DNA of 63,506 nt, filler included, from Octopus bimaculoides (Eukaryota): NCBI RefSeq assembly GCF_001194135.2. It is 5 parts of 5 records of this genome, joined end to end, with 100 filler letters (N's around TTAATTAATTAA, not from the genome) between each part and the next. Parts side by side here need not be neighbours in the genome. Positions count along the whole stretch, not along the records: positions 1 to 23,223 come from NC_068988.1; 4 more parts are not named here. The stretch is one strand, 5' to 3'. Positions 1-12,814 of the stretch are shown here, piece after piece. The position numbers and the translations under genes are program-made. The notes beneath the pieces were generated by a model that saw only the letters and a list, made by a program, of their open reading frames with translations, was not told the DNA's origin and did not search any database. Within the stretch, counting starts at the first letter, position 1, and the number at the start of each line of letters is the position of its first letter.

Positions 1-300
1 CATACCCACGCCCCTACACCACCACACAACACACCACCATACCACCACACACCACCACCACACCACCACACACCACCACCACACCACCACACTACATCAT
101 ACCACCTCGCACACACTAGCACTGACCACTTCCCAGCACCCACACCACACCACACACCACCACACTACATCATGCCACACCACATCACACTACATCACAC
201 CACCCCACACACGCTAGCATTGACCACTTCCCAGCACCCACACCATCATCCACACACCCACACATTACAGGCGCACACACGTACACAGGTACACATCCAT
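1..300. repeat. C/A-rich low-complexity tract (CACCA/CAC variants) with a twice-repeated ~38-bp unit
   Basis: Degenerate CACCAC/CACACC repeats; CACAC(A/G)CTAGCA(C/T)TGACCACTTCCCAGCACCCACACCA occurs near 110 and near 207. Confidence 0.8.
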
Positions 301-479
301 ACGTCAAGGTCACCAGCCCCTATCCACACGCACACATAAACTCTCACATTCACACGCACGCGCACCTTCGTTTTGGGATCACCAATACTTTATTATCTCC
401 CCTTCTTCCTAGCTCTCCCCTCTAACTACCTCTATCCAGCCAGCCACCATGATTGACCGCTAGCCCCTAAAGCTTTTTT

Positions 480-642
480 TATTCTCCCTCTGTTTATTTT
501 CTCGTGTTCCTTTCTGTTGAAGAGCAGCGGCTCGAAACGTAAAAGACTTTCTCACCTTCCCGAGCGTTAAACTAATACACCTGTTTGTTGTTTATACACC
601 TGCCTTCGTCTTTTGTTTTTCTGTAAATTCCAACTATATATA
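480..642 (+). mobile_element. Penelope-type terminal repeat remnant carrying a hammerhead-like motif
   Basis: Contains CTGTTGA-A-GAGC-AGCG-GCTC-GAAACGTA followed by a T-rich tail that runs into (TA)n. The Penelope assignment is inferred from the motif only. Confidence 0.4.
510..545 (+). ncRNA. minimal type-I hammerhead-ribozyme-like motif (variant core)
   Basis: CTTT-CTGTTGA-A-GAGC(AGCG)GCTC-GAA-AC-GT-A-AAAG: stem I CTTT/AAAG, stem II GAGC/GCTC, palindromic ACGT stem III, GUA triplet. Core reads CUGUUGA rather than CUGANGA. Confidence 0.5.
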
Positions 643-1424
643 NNNNNNNNNNNNNNNNNNNNNNNNNNNNNNNNNNNNNNNNNNNNNNNNNNNNNNNNNN
701 NNNNNNNNNNNNNNNNNNNNNNNNNNNNNNNNNNNNNNNNNNNNNNNNNNNNNNNNNNNNNNNNNNNNNNNNNNNNNNNNNNNNNNNNNNNNNNNNNNNN
801 NNNNNNNNNNNNNNNNNNNNNNNNNNNNNNNNNNNNNNNNNNNNNNNNNNNNNNNNNNNNNNNNNNNNNNNNNNNNNNNNNNNNNNNNNNNNNNNNNNNN
901 NNNNNNNNNNNNNNNNNNNNNNNNNNNNNNNNNNNNNNNNNNNNNNNNNNNNNNNNNNNNNNNNNNNNNNNNNNNNNNNNNNNNNNNNNNNNNNNNNNNN
1001 NNNNNNNNNNNNNNNNNNNNNNNNNNNNNNNNNNNNNNNNNNNNNNNNNNNNNNNNNNNNNNNNNNNNNNNNNNNNNNNNNNNNNNNNNNNNNNNNNNNN
1101 NNNNNNNNNNNNNNNNNNNNNNNNNNNNNNNNNNNNNNNNNNNNNNNNNNNNNNNNNNNNNNNNNNNNNNNNNNNNNNNNNNNNNNNNNNNNNNNNNNNN
1201 NNNNNNNNNNNNNNNNNNNNNNNNNNNNNNNNNNNNNNNNNNNNNNNNNNNNNNNNNNNNNNNNNNNNNNNNNNNNNNNNNNNNNNNNNNNNNNNNNNNN
1301 NNNNNNNNNNNNNNNNNNNNNNNNNNNNNNNNNNNNNNNNNNNNNNNNNNNNNNNNNNNNNNNNNNNNNNNNNNNNNNNNNNNNNNNNNNNNNNNNNNNN
1401 NNNNNNNNNNNNNNNNNNNNNNNN

Positions 1425-1461
<37 letters not shown>

Positions 1462-1560
1462 ATACATGCATACATACATACATACATGCATACATACATA
1501 CATACATACATGCAAACATTCATACATACATGCATACACATACATACATACATACATACA

Positions 1561-1591
<31 letters not shown>

Positions 1592-1592
1592 G
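1425..1592. repeat. (TA)n + (TACA)n compound microsatellite
   Basis: Directly visible after the N gap. Confidence 0.97.
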
Positions 1593-2618
1593 TAAATATA
1601 TATATTCTTTGTGAAGGTCATTTTGCCAAAGAAAAGGTCATGTGCTAATGAAAACGTTTTATTTAATTTCTTTTTATTATTATCAGCCACATACTAAACT
1701 AATTAACTAATGAAGTAATTAATTCTTTGAACAATAATCAGAACAATCCAACTAATTGTCAGAATCTTCTGTCACAATCTGTTATCTTATCAATGATGTG
1801 CCCACAAAAGCCCCTTTCTGTCAGAAAGAAAGCCATCGATAAAACCATAGAAAAACCCACGCTGCAAAAGAACAAATAATGAGTTCTATAGATGACACTG
1901 ATATGAAAAATTTCATTGAGATTTGTATTTTATCTGAATCCATAACACAATCGCAAAAAGATGGAAGGTGACTTATTTTTTGCACTTCAAATATAATACA
2001 GGCGACTCAGTCCGATATGTTGAACCAGATTTTCGACAATCCAGTAAGATAAGTAGCATGGATCAATATGTCTCGTGTTCTAAACAAAATGATTGAAGAG
2101 GAAAGCTGAGCTAGTGCGTCACGTTTCTTATAGACTAGTAAGACTAGAGCTCTGATGCAGGAGACAAACAAATACGAGAAAAACAGTGGAGAAAATGTTG
2201 CGTAAGTGTTGCGGTTAGGGTTAGGGGACCCTGTGGTTCAGCATAACTGTTGTGACACAATATAAGCTCTTACTGAGCACTGGTGTGGTGTTTAATGATA
2301 TGTGGTCGAGGTAGGGTCTCTATTGAATGCAAGTCCTCATGACCTCGCAAATCACCGAGTCACTTCAGTGTTGTATCACGTAGCAAGTGCGCTAAGAAGG
2401 ATTCTACGACTGGTGGTGCCAGGCAATAAGTGGACGAAAGAGTAATTTAAGGATTGTTCAGCTCAGGAAAACTAAAAAGCGCAAGGAGAAAAGAAGTAGT
2501 ATATAGACAACAATAAAAACAGCAGGCCACAAGGGCTTCTGTTCCCAGGACATCGTAACTCTGCAAACGTCGGACTAAGAAACTCCAGTAATTTTCAATA
2601 GGACTAGCCTATCATCTT

Positions 2619-2864
2619 GTGACAGTAAGGATGAAATGGAAACTAGAGATGAGTGGTAAGCTGGCGTTGGCGGTCAAAAAAAAGTTTAAAAAAACAAAGG
2701 CGCACAAGCAGAAAGCATGCAAGATCCAAGAAAAAATTACCATCTCTATGACGAAAGATTTTAACTTTACAATGATCCAAAAGAGCAACGATTACCCGAC
2801 CAATTTAATGTATAGACTGATGAATACCGACCCAGTTAATATGTATGTCGGTCCGAAATATTGA
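2619..2864 (+). mobile_element. possible decayed Penelope-like GIY-YIG endonuclease fragment
   Basis: ORF ends TNLMYRLMNTDPVNMYVG, resembling the (T/S)NxIYxxxC..C..YVG bipartite GIY-YIG motif. The cysteines are absent, so support is weak. Confidence 0.3.
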
Positions 2865-3344
2865 GCCAGTACTGACAACCCGAAAAGGAAAGCTCCTAAT
2901 AAAGTATACGCTGTNNNNNNNNNNNNNNNNNNNNNNNNNNNNNNNNNNNNNNNNNNNNNNNNNNNNNNNNNNNNNNNNNNNNNNNNNNNNNNNNNNNNNN
3001 NNNNNNNNNNNNNNNNNNNNNNNNNNNNNNNNNNNNNNNNNNNNNNNNNNNNNNNNNNNNNNNNNNNNNNNNNNNNNNNNNNNNNNNNNNNNNNNNNNNN
3101 NNNNNNNNNNNNNNNNNNNNNNNNNNNNNNNNNNNNNNNNNNNNNNNNNNNNNNNNNNNNNNNNNNNNNNNNNNNNNNNNNNNNNNNNNNNNNNNNNNNN
3201 NNNNNNNNNNNNNNNNNNNNNNNNNNNNNNNNNNNNNNNNNNNNNNNNNNNNNNNNNNNNNNNNNNNNNNNNNNNNNNNNNNNNNNNNATATATATATTT
3301 ATATATATATATTATACTAATAAAAAGTAAAAGAAAAGAACAAT

Positions 3345-3470
3345 AACAATAAACACAACTATAAGTTAAGACTACCATTTTCAGCATACCACCTATCATT
3401 ACAACAGCAACGACACAAATAACAACAACAACAAACAACAGCAACAGCAAAAACAACAATAATAATAATA
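3345..3470. repeat. (AAC)/(AGC)/(AAT) mixed trinucleotide tract at LINE 3' end
   Basis: Visible tract directly abutting the LINE terminus. Confidence 0.85.
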
Positions 3471-4760
3471 GTTTCTTTATTGGCCACAATAGCTGAACGC
3501 AAAACAAATAGGAACAATATAAAACTGGGGAGATGTGGGGTTTAACACAAAAATCGAGTAAACACTAAAATAGCAATGACGATTAACAATACAAAAGTGG
3601 TGTGGGGGGAGTTATTCACAGGGACAACCGAGGAGCCCTACACATCTTGGTTATCTCGACCGCCAGGTGCACCTCAGCAGGCGCCTCTCTCCTTCTCAAC
3701 TTCTCCGTTTTACATGCAGACGTTCAGAGTAGGCCTATTCACACAAGCCATAAGGCATCTGTCTTCACCCTTTCAATCTGGTCCATCACAGCCACTTTCG
3801 ATAATGCCACCGAACAGATAAATACTGCCTGTCCTTCACGGTCAAAATATGGCGGCGGGATATGGACTCTGCCAATAACCAGATTCACCTTACGTATGAC
3901 AGCAACTGTTCGACATAACCCACAAGTCAGGAATGATCGAGGACTGGATGACTGCGTGCAAAACAGTTTCATCGCCCTGCGTTCATTTAGGGCAGGCCGG
4001 CTGACAGCGCTTACACATCTACAGGGTTCATCTTGAACCGGCAATGGTCCCCGGTTGCACTGCTAAACCAAGGATTTCTTAAAATTATCTATTGTTCTCA
4101 TTATCTCTGGAACATACTAGCCAACCGATTTTCGTCGATGCTTAAATTTATTCGAGAAAGTCATCGCTTTCGCCCACCACTAATATTCTGTTGGCCGCCT
4201 TGGTGGAAATTCTGCTGACTGCTCCACCCGACTGGTAGAGAGCCGTGGGCGCTTGACGACATTTCAGAAGCCAAGCTCCTTATTTTGGTATGTGCTTGAG
4301 CTAGGACTGAAGCTCTAAGAGACAAGCTGTGGTAAAGTGAATCTGACAAACGGCGACCACATCACCGTCACGGAATTGCTGGAGATGTTGCAGTTTCAGC
4401 ACATGCTTGCACTTCTTCAGCTACGACATACCCATTTCTCCGCTCATCGTGAATTCACAACAAATAGAACACCTAATGAATGGAACGCGTCCTTTCCACA
4501 AAAAGCGGAAGAGCAGAGGCTCTAGTCCAGTCAGACGTGAACTAGGTAAGGCAAAGGCACAATGGAGGGGATATAAGCATTCGCCAGCTTTGACAGAACT
4601 TTCAAGGATGGCTTTCTCTCAGCCCATTACACCGTCGAAGTAAGCACTGGAATCTATTCTGCAATCTAGTTCGTCACTTGACCCAATCAATCGAGTAACA
4701 TGTTGCCCAGACGTCGCACACATATATTCAGGTTTAAGTAATATATACCCATCATGAAAG
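3471..4760 (-). mobile_element. 5'-truncated L1/Tx1-clade LINE (RT C-terminal region, zinc-finger region, 3' UTR), decayed
   Basis: Minus-strand translations give WAERKPSLKVLSKLANAYI, LLFRFLWKGRVPFIRCSICC, WSPFVRFTLPQLVS and IPPPYFDREGQAVFICSVA. AATAAA lies just before the microsatellite tail. Multiple stops and frameshifts. Confidence 0.8.
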
Positions 4761-5593
4761 ATCATGAAAGATCGAATTGAGACTTTGTTGTCACACTGAA
4801 CTGTAGCTTTGATGCGCCTCAGCCGCACGCTCCCATCGGACGGCTTTCGTCCTTTCGAGTCTTCGCGTTTTGCAATGAACAGTTGGTCAAGGACAAGTCG
4901 ATTGCGATGCTTTTTCTAAGTACATCTTTAATCTATTTAATCTATATACTCTATGGCTATTTCTTTGCTAAACCATATTGCTTCAATTTTCGCCCGTTTT
5001 AGGGCATATGTAACCTTTGGCGATCTTGTTTATAGATACAGCGACTGTAGTTAGCATGGTAATTCTATTGATAAAACAAACATTAGTTTAGAGTATGAAT
5101 TTGAGTAAGAAGCTTTTTCAGTCTCAACATTGTGACTTTTGTTAAGTGAGCTCTGACTTGATGTCACAGAAGAGGTGAATTTTTAAGGCGTCCACAAGTA
5201 CGTCCTGGCCGCAACGTTTCTAGTCACAGACCTGTATTATCTTCTTCTATCAAGCCCTTAGAGTGAACATAGTCAAAATTAGCTACTGGAATAGATTGTT
5301 TGGGTAATGTTTTCCTCTACAACTAACATTTTTAATTTGCTCTAACCAGTACAACTTTCTTTTCTGATGTTTATAATGTATCTGAGTAACTCGAGCATTT
5401 TGTTCTCATATTCCACTGTTATTCTAATTTTTTTTTGTTCGTACTGCTAATCCATTTGTGTTCCCAGATCTGTAAAACTACCTAGCACTTCCACAAAAAT
5501 CATCCTAGTCTTTTTTACTCATTAGTATCACACAACGGTTTCTTTGGTTAACAATCCAACCTTTCATCTTCCCTTCCATCTCACCCATTTAGT

Positions 5594-5762
5594 TGTGTGT
5601 GTGTGTGTGTGTGTGTGTGTTTGTGGTTGTGTTTGTGTGTGTGTGCGCGCGCGTGCATACCTGCGTGCGCGCATGCGTGCATGCATACGTGCATGCGTGT
5701 GTGCCTGCCTGCCTGCCTGCGTGTGTGCCTGCGTGCGTGCCTGCGTGCGAACGTGTGTGCAT
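5594..5762. repeat. (GT)n/(GC)n/(GCCT)n compound microsatellite
   Basis: Directly visible. Confidence 0.95.
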
Positions 5763-6268
5763 ATGAGCAAGTGTGAAGGTGGCGCTTCCATTTCACTACT
5801 GTTTGTTTNNNNNNNNNNNNNNNNNNNNNNNNNNNNNNNNNNNNNNNNNNNNNNNNNNNNNNNNNNNNNNNNNNNNNNNNNNNNNNNNNNNNNNNNNNNN
5901 NNNNNNNNNNNNNNNNNNNNNNNNNNNNNNNNNNNNNNNNNNNNNNNNNNNNNNNNNNNNNNNNNNNNNNNNNNNNNNNNNNNNNNNNNNNNNNNNNNNN
6001 NNNNNNNNNNNNNNNNNNNNNNNNNNNNNNNNNNNNNNNNNNNNNNNNNNNNNNNNNNNNNNNNNNNNNNNNNNNNNNNNNNNNNNNNNNNNNNNNNNNN
6101 NNNNNNNNNNNNNNNNNNNNNNNNNNNNNNNNNNNNNNNNNNNNNNNNNNNNNNNNNNNNNNNNNNNNNNNNNNNNNNNNNNNNNNNNNNNNNNNNNNNN
6201 NNNNNNNNNNNNNNNNNNNNNNNNNNNNNNNNNNNNNNNNNNNNNNNNNNNNNNNNNNNNNNNNNNNN

Positions 6269-6314
<46 letters not shown>

Positions 6315-6378
6315 GTATGAGCGAGAGAGAGAGAGAGAAAAGAGAGTATGTGTGTGTCTCTGTCTGTCTGTCTGTTTG
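6269..6378. repeat. (GT)n/(GA)n/(TCTG)n microsatellite
   Basis: Directly visible. Confidence 0.95.
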
Positions 6379-6384
6379 TACTTT

Positions 6385-6541
6385 TACCCCCACCACAATC
6401 GGTGTTAGTATGTTTACCGATAGAATAAGTACCAGGCTTTAAAAAATAATAAAAGTACGAGGGGGCGATTCATTCGACTAAAATTCTTCAAGGTGGTGGT
6501 CCTGCATAGCTGCAGTCAAATGACTGGAACAAGTAAAAGAA

Positions 6542-6543
<2 letters not shown>
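6385..6543 (+). mobile_element. SINE 3' tail fragment
   Basis: GATAGAATAAGTACCAGGCTT...CAGTCAAATGACTGGAACAAGTAAAAGAATA matches tails at 22125 (-), 23745 (-), 26700 (+), 45490 (-), 51583 (-) and 52880 (-). Confidence 0.8.
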
Positions 6544-6581
<38 letters not shown>

Positions 6582-6967
6582 CGTGTATTGGAAACATTTT
6601 ATCATCAAATGATGAGAATGTTCACAGTGCTAAAAAAAGGCACAATATAACTAATCAATTGTACAAGTCAAAATGATGTAGAAACCAGAAATATATCGGA
6701 ACCCTGCTAACCATGTCCCCATTTGCTATGTAAAGCCGATATAAACGGCATACTCAGTTGAAAAATATTCCAACGTTTGGAAGGTCAAACAATTTCAGTA
6801 AAATACATTCATCTGTTACCATTCATTTTGAATAAAATCTAAGTAGTTCGAGACGGTAAGCTATAAAAGTACTCCTTCTTTCCCGAAACTCTAAAATCTA
6901 GTGGCGTTAAACATTTTTCATGTGATGATGATAAATGTATAAGCCTGGTTATGTGTGAACTTTTCAG

Positions 6968-7129
6968 TAGCCCAGTGGGATATGTTGCAGAATACTATAG
7001 AATACCTTAGAAAATTTTTATCTAACAATCAAAGGTTTAAATGTCGAATATGGAATAAAGAAAACCGTTACGAAAACCTTGATCATGTCTTTCAATTACC
7101 GTTTGAATCGACTACACTCGCAATTTTTG
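6968..7129 (+). CDS. candidate internal coding exon (162 nt, phase 1-1), product unknown
   Basis: Acceptor ACTTTTTCAG; open frame AQWDMLQNTIEYLRKFLSNNQRFKCRIWNKENRYENLDHVFQLPFESTTLAIF; donor G/GTACGT. Lies inside a 103-codon non-repetitive ORF. Confidence 0.5.
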
Positions 7130-7625
7130 GTACGTATTCTTTTGACATCACTATAACAAAGGATATCTTCTTGAAGTTCCTGAAAAGTGTTTTGTTACCA
7201 GACATGAGAAGGATAAGAATATTCAAAGTACTATATTCTACTAAACAGTGCACCTCCACATACTAGTTTGAATGTACAGCAACTCATTGAGGCATTATAT
7301 CCAAGACATTGGCGAAGTAGAGGTGGACAGAATTTTTGGTCACTGCAAGCCCTAATCACTCGACTTTGATTGTCTTCTGATAAAATTCCAGCCACAGACA
7401 CTGACCATTTAAAGCGAAGGATCTTGGATGAGTCGAATTTAGCAGTTGAAAAACTATGCCGAGCCTATCTATTATTGAGCACCATAACAGACATTCTGAA
7501 TTCTATACTAAACAAAATATAATGAACTACTTATTCAAAAATATGCCATCTTTTATTAGTACATTTGTTCATAAATGAATCAAATAATATCAAAGTACAC
7601 ACTAAATGGACTTTTCAATTGCCCA

Positions 7626-7721
7626 GTCTCTCTCCTTCTCTCTCTCTTCTCTCACCTCTCTCTCTCTTCTCTCNNNNNNNNNNNNNNNNNNNNNNNNNNN
7701 NNNNNNNNNNNNNNNNNNNNN

Positions 7722-7771
<50 letters not shown>

Positions 7772-7790
7772 CTATCTTTTTATCTGTCTG
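7626..7790. repeat. (CT)n microsatellite interrupted by a gap
   Basis: Directly visible. Confidence 0.95.
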
Positions 7791-8287
7791 CTAGGGGAAG
7801 TCAAGAGTTATCCGCACTTTGACCAAAACTTTCTGTGGGCTGACTGCACTTTCTTCAGTACTCGCGCGCTAAAAAGTGATACTCTTGTGGTTACCTAACC
7901 GAGGTTTGACCTTGACCGCTCCAGTTTTCTTTTTTGTGTTTCTTGTGTTACCGAGTAAAGATGGCCGATCCGCTGGCAGTATGCACCAAGGATGAACAGA
8001 GATCAATGATCCGATTTCTCTGGTCTTAAGGTGTAATCGAGGGTTGAAATTCATCGAAAGCTTTTAGTACAATAAGGGACAACGCTTTATTGAATAGAAG
8101 TGTGTATGAGTGGAACGAGAAGTTTTAATAAGGCTCGACTAGTGTGTAACACGAAGAGAGAGCAGGACGCCCAACAACCTCTGCCACTGACGTGAAGATC
8201 CAGCGAGCTCGAAAGACGGCTCTGACAAACTGAGGAGCGACCATCTACGAAGTGGCATATCCTTTGCAAATTAATCATGGTTCTGCA
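7791..8287 (+). mobile_element. mariner-family transposon 5' fragment (TIR-like end + N-terminal HTH remnant)
   Basis: From ATG 7961: MADPLAVCTKDEQRSMIRFLWS*...RSVYEWNEKF...ERAGRPTTSATDVKIQRAR...TIYEVAYPLQINHGSA, a mariner N-terminal pattern with stops. AGGGGAAGTCAAGAGTTATCCGCAC upstream resembles a mariner TIR. Confidence 0.8.
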
Positions 8288-8340
8288 TGTATGTATGTAT
8301 GTATGTATGTATGTATGTATGTATGTATGTATGTATGAGT
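8288..8340. repeat. (TATG)n microsatellite
   Basis: Directly visible. Confidence 0.95.
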
Positions 8341-8608
8341 ACATGCATGTATGTAGGATGATTTGTAGGCAGGAAGATAGGTACGTATGTTACGTAGATT
8401 GGTAGATAGGTATATAGGTGGATATTTAAATAGATGAGTAGGTACTTAGATAGGTAGCCAGGTAGGAACACTAATAAGTAGATAGGTTTATGATCAGGTC
8501 GGCGAACATGTATGCATGAATGCATGTTGGTAGGTACGGAGAAGAGATGAAAATAATTAGGTAAATAGGTGAGTAGGTAGCTAGGTAAGTAATTTCAAAG
8601 ATCGATCA

Positions 8609-8963
<355 letters not shown>

Positions 8964-9658
8964 GTACGTGCATATGTATACCATGAAATACTACCATGGA
9001 CATAAATTTGATACTAAAACCAAATCTTAATTTTAAAATGATTAATTTAGAAAAAGTATTACATTTTATCGTTTTTGTCCCGGATGAACCATTTGACATT
9101 ATCGCACAACAGAGCTGTAGCTATATAAACGAATGTAAATTAACAAAATAACAAGTGAAACTGGTTGCAAAATATAAGCATGTATGTTGGATTGAATGTA
9201 TATGATTAGGACAAAAGAAATGTAGGTCAAACTAGAGAAAGATGCCTTTAGCACTGTAAATTACGATATAACTCTTGTCTCCTGGTAAAAACACTAATTT
9301 TAGAAGCAATTGCACACTTGTAAAAACTTATTTTCTTCAAACTGTGTGCGGAAAAATAAACAAGTGTTCTCTTATACATAGAATGAGGTTTAGCGTATGA
9401 GCTGAGGACTAAATGTACAAGAAAAAAAAAGGATATCAATGCAAAAGAGAGTCATTTGTGTTTGCCTTATGAGTGAATAAAACACAAAACAAAACTATTA
9501 AATCAATTGACGTTATTACGTCAGTAAGACAACTTGAAACGTTGACAGAGAGCTTAAAAGATTCTGCAGTACGAAAAGTTTACAACCGCAAACAGGTGTC
9601 GCATGAAGAGTCACTCAACAGAAGGTGGTATGTATTTATTAAATCTAAGGAAAATAAC

Positions 9659-9725
<67 letters not shown>
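9659..9725. repeat. (AGT)n microsatellite
   Basis: Perfect trinucleotide run. Confidence 0.97.
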
Positions 9726-9879
9726 TATAGAAGCCACATAAACACGCATAAATTAACACATATTTATACACAAAATGCACATATACAATAGAATAACACA
9801 TTGCAGAACAACTGCTAGATTAGCTCTACATGGCTAGTGCAATACGTACATTGACATATAAATACTTGTCAGTCTAAAA

Positions 9880-9907
9880 TCTATCTATCTATCTATCTAT
9901 CTGTCTA

Positions 9908-9938
<31 letters not shown>

Positions 9939-10035
9939 ACCTACCTACCTACCTACTTACCTATCTATATTTCTATATCTCTCTATCTGTCTATCTATCT
10001 GTCTATCTGTCTATCTATCTATCTATCTACCTATA
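9880..10035. repeat. (CTAT)/(CTGT)/(CTAC) compound microsatellite
   Basis: Directly visible. Confidence 0.93.
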
Positions 10036-10525
10036 TCTGTGTATATGTGTTGCACGCGTGTGTATTCTTCAAGACGGGTGTTGACAGCAACTATTGCAAT
10101 ACTGTAGCTTAAAATTCAAGGTACTATCAAAATATTGAGCCTCTAAAAGTATATGTGTGTATGCTTATATGCAACGGAATTTATTGACAATATGATTTAA
10201 CAATACTACTAAGGAGAAATAAAAGGAAGCCTGTCAGTTTTAGTGTGTTCCTTAATGACTAAAAGGATCCCAGATCAAGTCTCTTTGAAAGCAAGTACTA
10301 GGGCTAAATATACTTGTTGTTGTTGTTGTTTTTGATCTTCAAATCAGCCCCTAAGTGCAGCAGATATGTGACAAAGACACTTCAGCCATCATCCTCCCCT
10401 CTTTTTCTAGAGATGCAATGAAACCAAGGCCATATAATTCAATGTGTCAAGAGTTATTTGAGCTTCCTCGTAGACCCCTACATGGCTCGCGTATTTACAA
10501 ACACACTAATGCGCGGGCACGCAAG

Positions 10526-10526
<1 letters not shown>

Positions 10527-10587
<61 letters not shown>

Positions 10588-10600
10588 CACACACACACAT
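10527..10600. repeat. (CA)n microsatellite
   Basis: Directly visible. Confidence 0.96.
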
Positions 10601-10625
10601 CCACACATGCACGGGCATACGCATG

Positions 10626-11075
10626 TGCGCCTGCCCTTCCGCTTTCTGTGGAAGGCATGCATTTCACTGGCCAGGCGTTCCGTTTGTTATCAACGCTGAT
10701 GTGAGCATGTCGTGTTTGATGTTGTGCTCAGGTAGTAACATCTCCAGTGTTTCCATGACAGTGACCAGTGTGGTTACTGTTTGTTAGACTTACTTTTCTA
10801 CAGCTCACCTCTTTGACCGAGCTACAGTCCTGGATAAAGCAAATACCAAAACTGAGCGCTTGGCATCTGGAATGTAGTCAAACGCTCACAGCCTTATATC
10901 TGTAGGGTCGTACGGTGAGCGGAATTGCGGCCAAGGCAGTCTATAGAGGGATAGTGCAAGACGTTCAGGACGAGACTCAGAGCGTGTATAAGAATCAACT
11001 GGTGATCTGATCCGGATGACTTTGGGCCTGGGCCTATGGATAATTTTCAGAAATCTTTGACCTGGCAGTGCTACT
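10626..11075 (+). mobile_element. internal fragment of L1/Tx1-clade LINE ORF2
   Basis: Translates as [47 protein letters not shown] and GPGPMDNFQKSLTWQC, colinear with the copies at 3471-4760 and 24812-25790. Confidence 0.8.
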
Positions 11076-11416
11076 GAGTAGTGAATGGTATTGCAGGTTC
11101 ATGATAAACTCTACAGACATGTTCTCATATCTCTCTACATAGCTGCTCTCCTCCACTCATTAGCATTTCCGTTGTTTTACTTTCTTTTCCTGTGGCTTTA
11201 ACTCTAGCCATCAACATTGAAGCATTCTTTTCACTGGTCAAAATGAGTGGCACTTCTTCCAACACTTGTGACGATGGAAGATTTCACAGACCTCTTCTAT
11301 CTTTTTTTTTTATGTTATCATTTTGAACCTGTCTTCGTTCTTGAGCATCGTCACCCCTGATTTATATACATAGTGCCATCTCTATTCTGCATCTATTAGA
11401 GTTTTCCTCTGCGCGC

Positions 11417-11453
<37 letters not shown>

Positions 11454-12469
11454 NNNNNNNNNNNNNNNNNNNNNNNNNNNNNNNNNNNNNNNNNNNNNNN
11501 NNNNNNNNNNNNNNNNNNNNNNNNNNNNNNNNNNNNNNNNNNNNNNNNNNNNNNNNNNNNNGTGTGTATGAAAGAAAGTTATGTTAACCATGTTCGTACG
11601 ACGAAATACTAAATTTGAAATAATTGTATTCTTTATATAAAGGGCTTCAATGTTACGAATATATTTCCGTCTAAAAACAAGAAACTACAGTTAGCCTTAA
11701 ATTGTAAAGGATAATTAAATGAACCTGTACTCCCAATTGTATGAAGGATAGGTCAGCTGTTACAGTATTTGAAAATTTCAAAATAAAATATTTTATTTTC
11801 TTTCGAAATTATATATTGTTCTAAGCAAGAATTATTGCATGGTAGAAGTTGTTTTAATAAATAATCTATTTTGCTAAGCACAGAAAGACCAGTATATTAT
11901 TCAATTATTTATCATCTTTAATTAATACGTATGCTGTAGAGCAAAATAATAGTCGGACATAACCAATTCTGTGTCGCTTTGTCACTGAAGCGGTTTTGTT
12001 TCATTATAATTATAATGACGTTAGAAAAGCATGACATTTTCAGTGTTTCATTTCCAATCTTTAAGAGTACAAAGACTTCATGCCTCTTTCTAAATCACTT
12101 AATGTTCTTACCGGGTAAATTTGTTACGCAATTTCTGTAAAATTGTTGCGTTCTGTAAAATTGTTGCTGTTGCTGCTTTTGTGATTGTTACCATTCTTAA
12201 GGCTGGGTCATACTTGATGAAGAAGTTCTATGATCAAAGACGTTCCACCCAAAAATATTCCGTTTTTTTTGTAATATATATTTATGACGACGTTGTTCAA
12301 TATACACCTTCCTTTTTCAAGGTCGTAGAGCATGACCTGTGGATGACAATTATTTCCAGCAAGTCAAGTCATTCATTACGTAGAGGCAGATGTGACTAAA
12401 CTTGCGATTTTTTTTTTCCATCAGAGTATACACAATCGTATAATTATTGTACAACAGTGCAAGGGAAAT

Positions 12470-12658
12470 GATAATATTGGTTTCAGATTTCGCCAGAAAT
12501 TTCGGTGGATGGATAAGTCGATTACATCGACCCAAGTGCTCAACTGGGACTTATTTTATCGACCTCAACGGAATTTGAAATTAAAACGTAAAGACGGACG
12601 AAATGCCGTTAAGCATTTTGCTCGGCGTGCTAACGATTCTTCCAGCTCGACGCCTGGG
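12470..12658 (-). mobile_element. tRNA-derived SINE (family A), internally deleted
   Basis: Reverse complement aligns by eye with the 27612-27828 copy (GAGCTGGAAGAATCGTTAGCACGCCG head, AATATT tail). Confidence 0.8.
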
Positions 12659-12685
12659 AAATAGTAATATTGAACGGTTAATGAC

Positions 12686-12730
12686 ATGTGTGTATGTATG
12701 TATGTATGTATGTATGTATGTATATATACA

Positions 12731-12806
<76 letters not shown>

Positions 12807-12814
12807 GAGAGAGA
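12686..12814. repeat. (TATG)n/(TG)n/(GA)n compound microsatellite
   Basis: Directly visible. Confidence 0.95.

Noticed and set aside
567-1648. Long ORFs such as MYVCMYV.../HTYIHTY... and all X-filled ORFs across the window
   Set aside because: Translations of microsatellites or N-runs; no coding evidence.
2214-2226. Telomeric TTAGGG repeat
   Set aside because: Only two units; expected by chance.
3602-4036. 144-aa + strand ORF
   Set aside because: Antisense to the Tx1-like LINE remnant; the recognisable motifs are on the minus strand.
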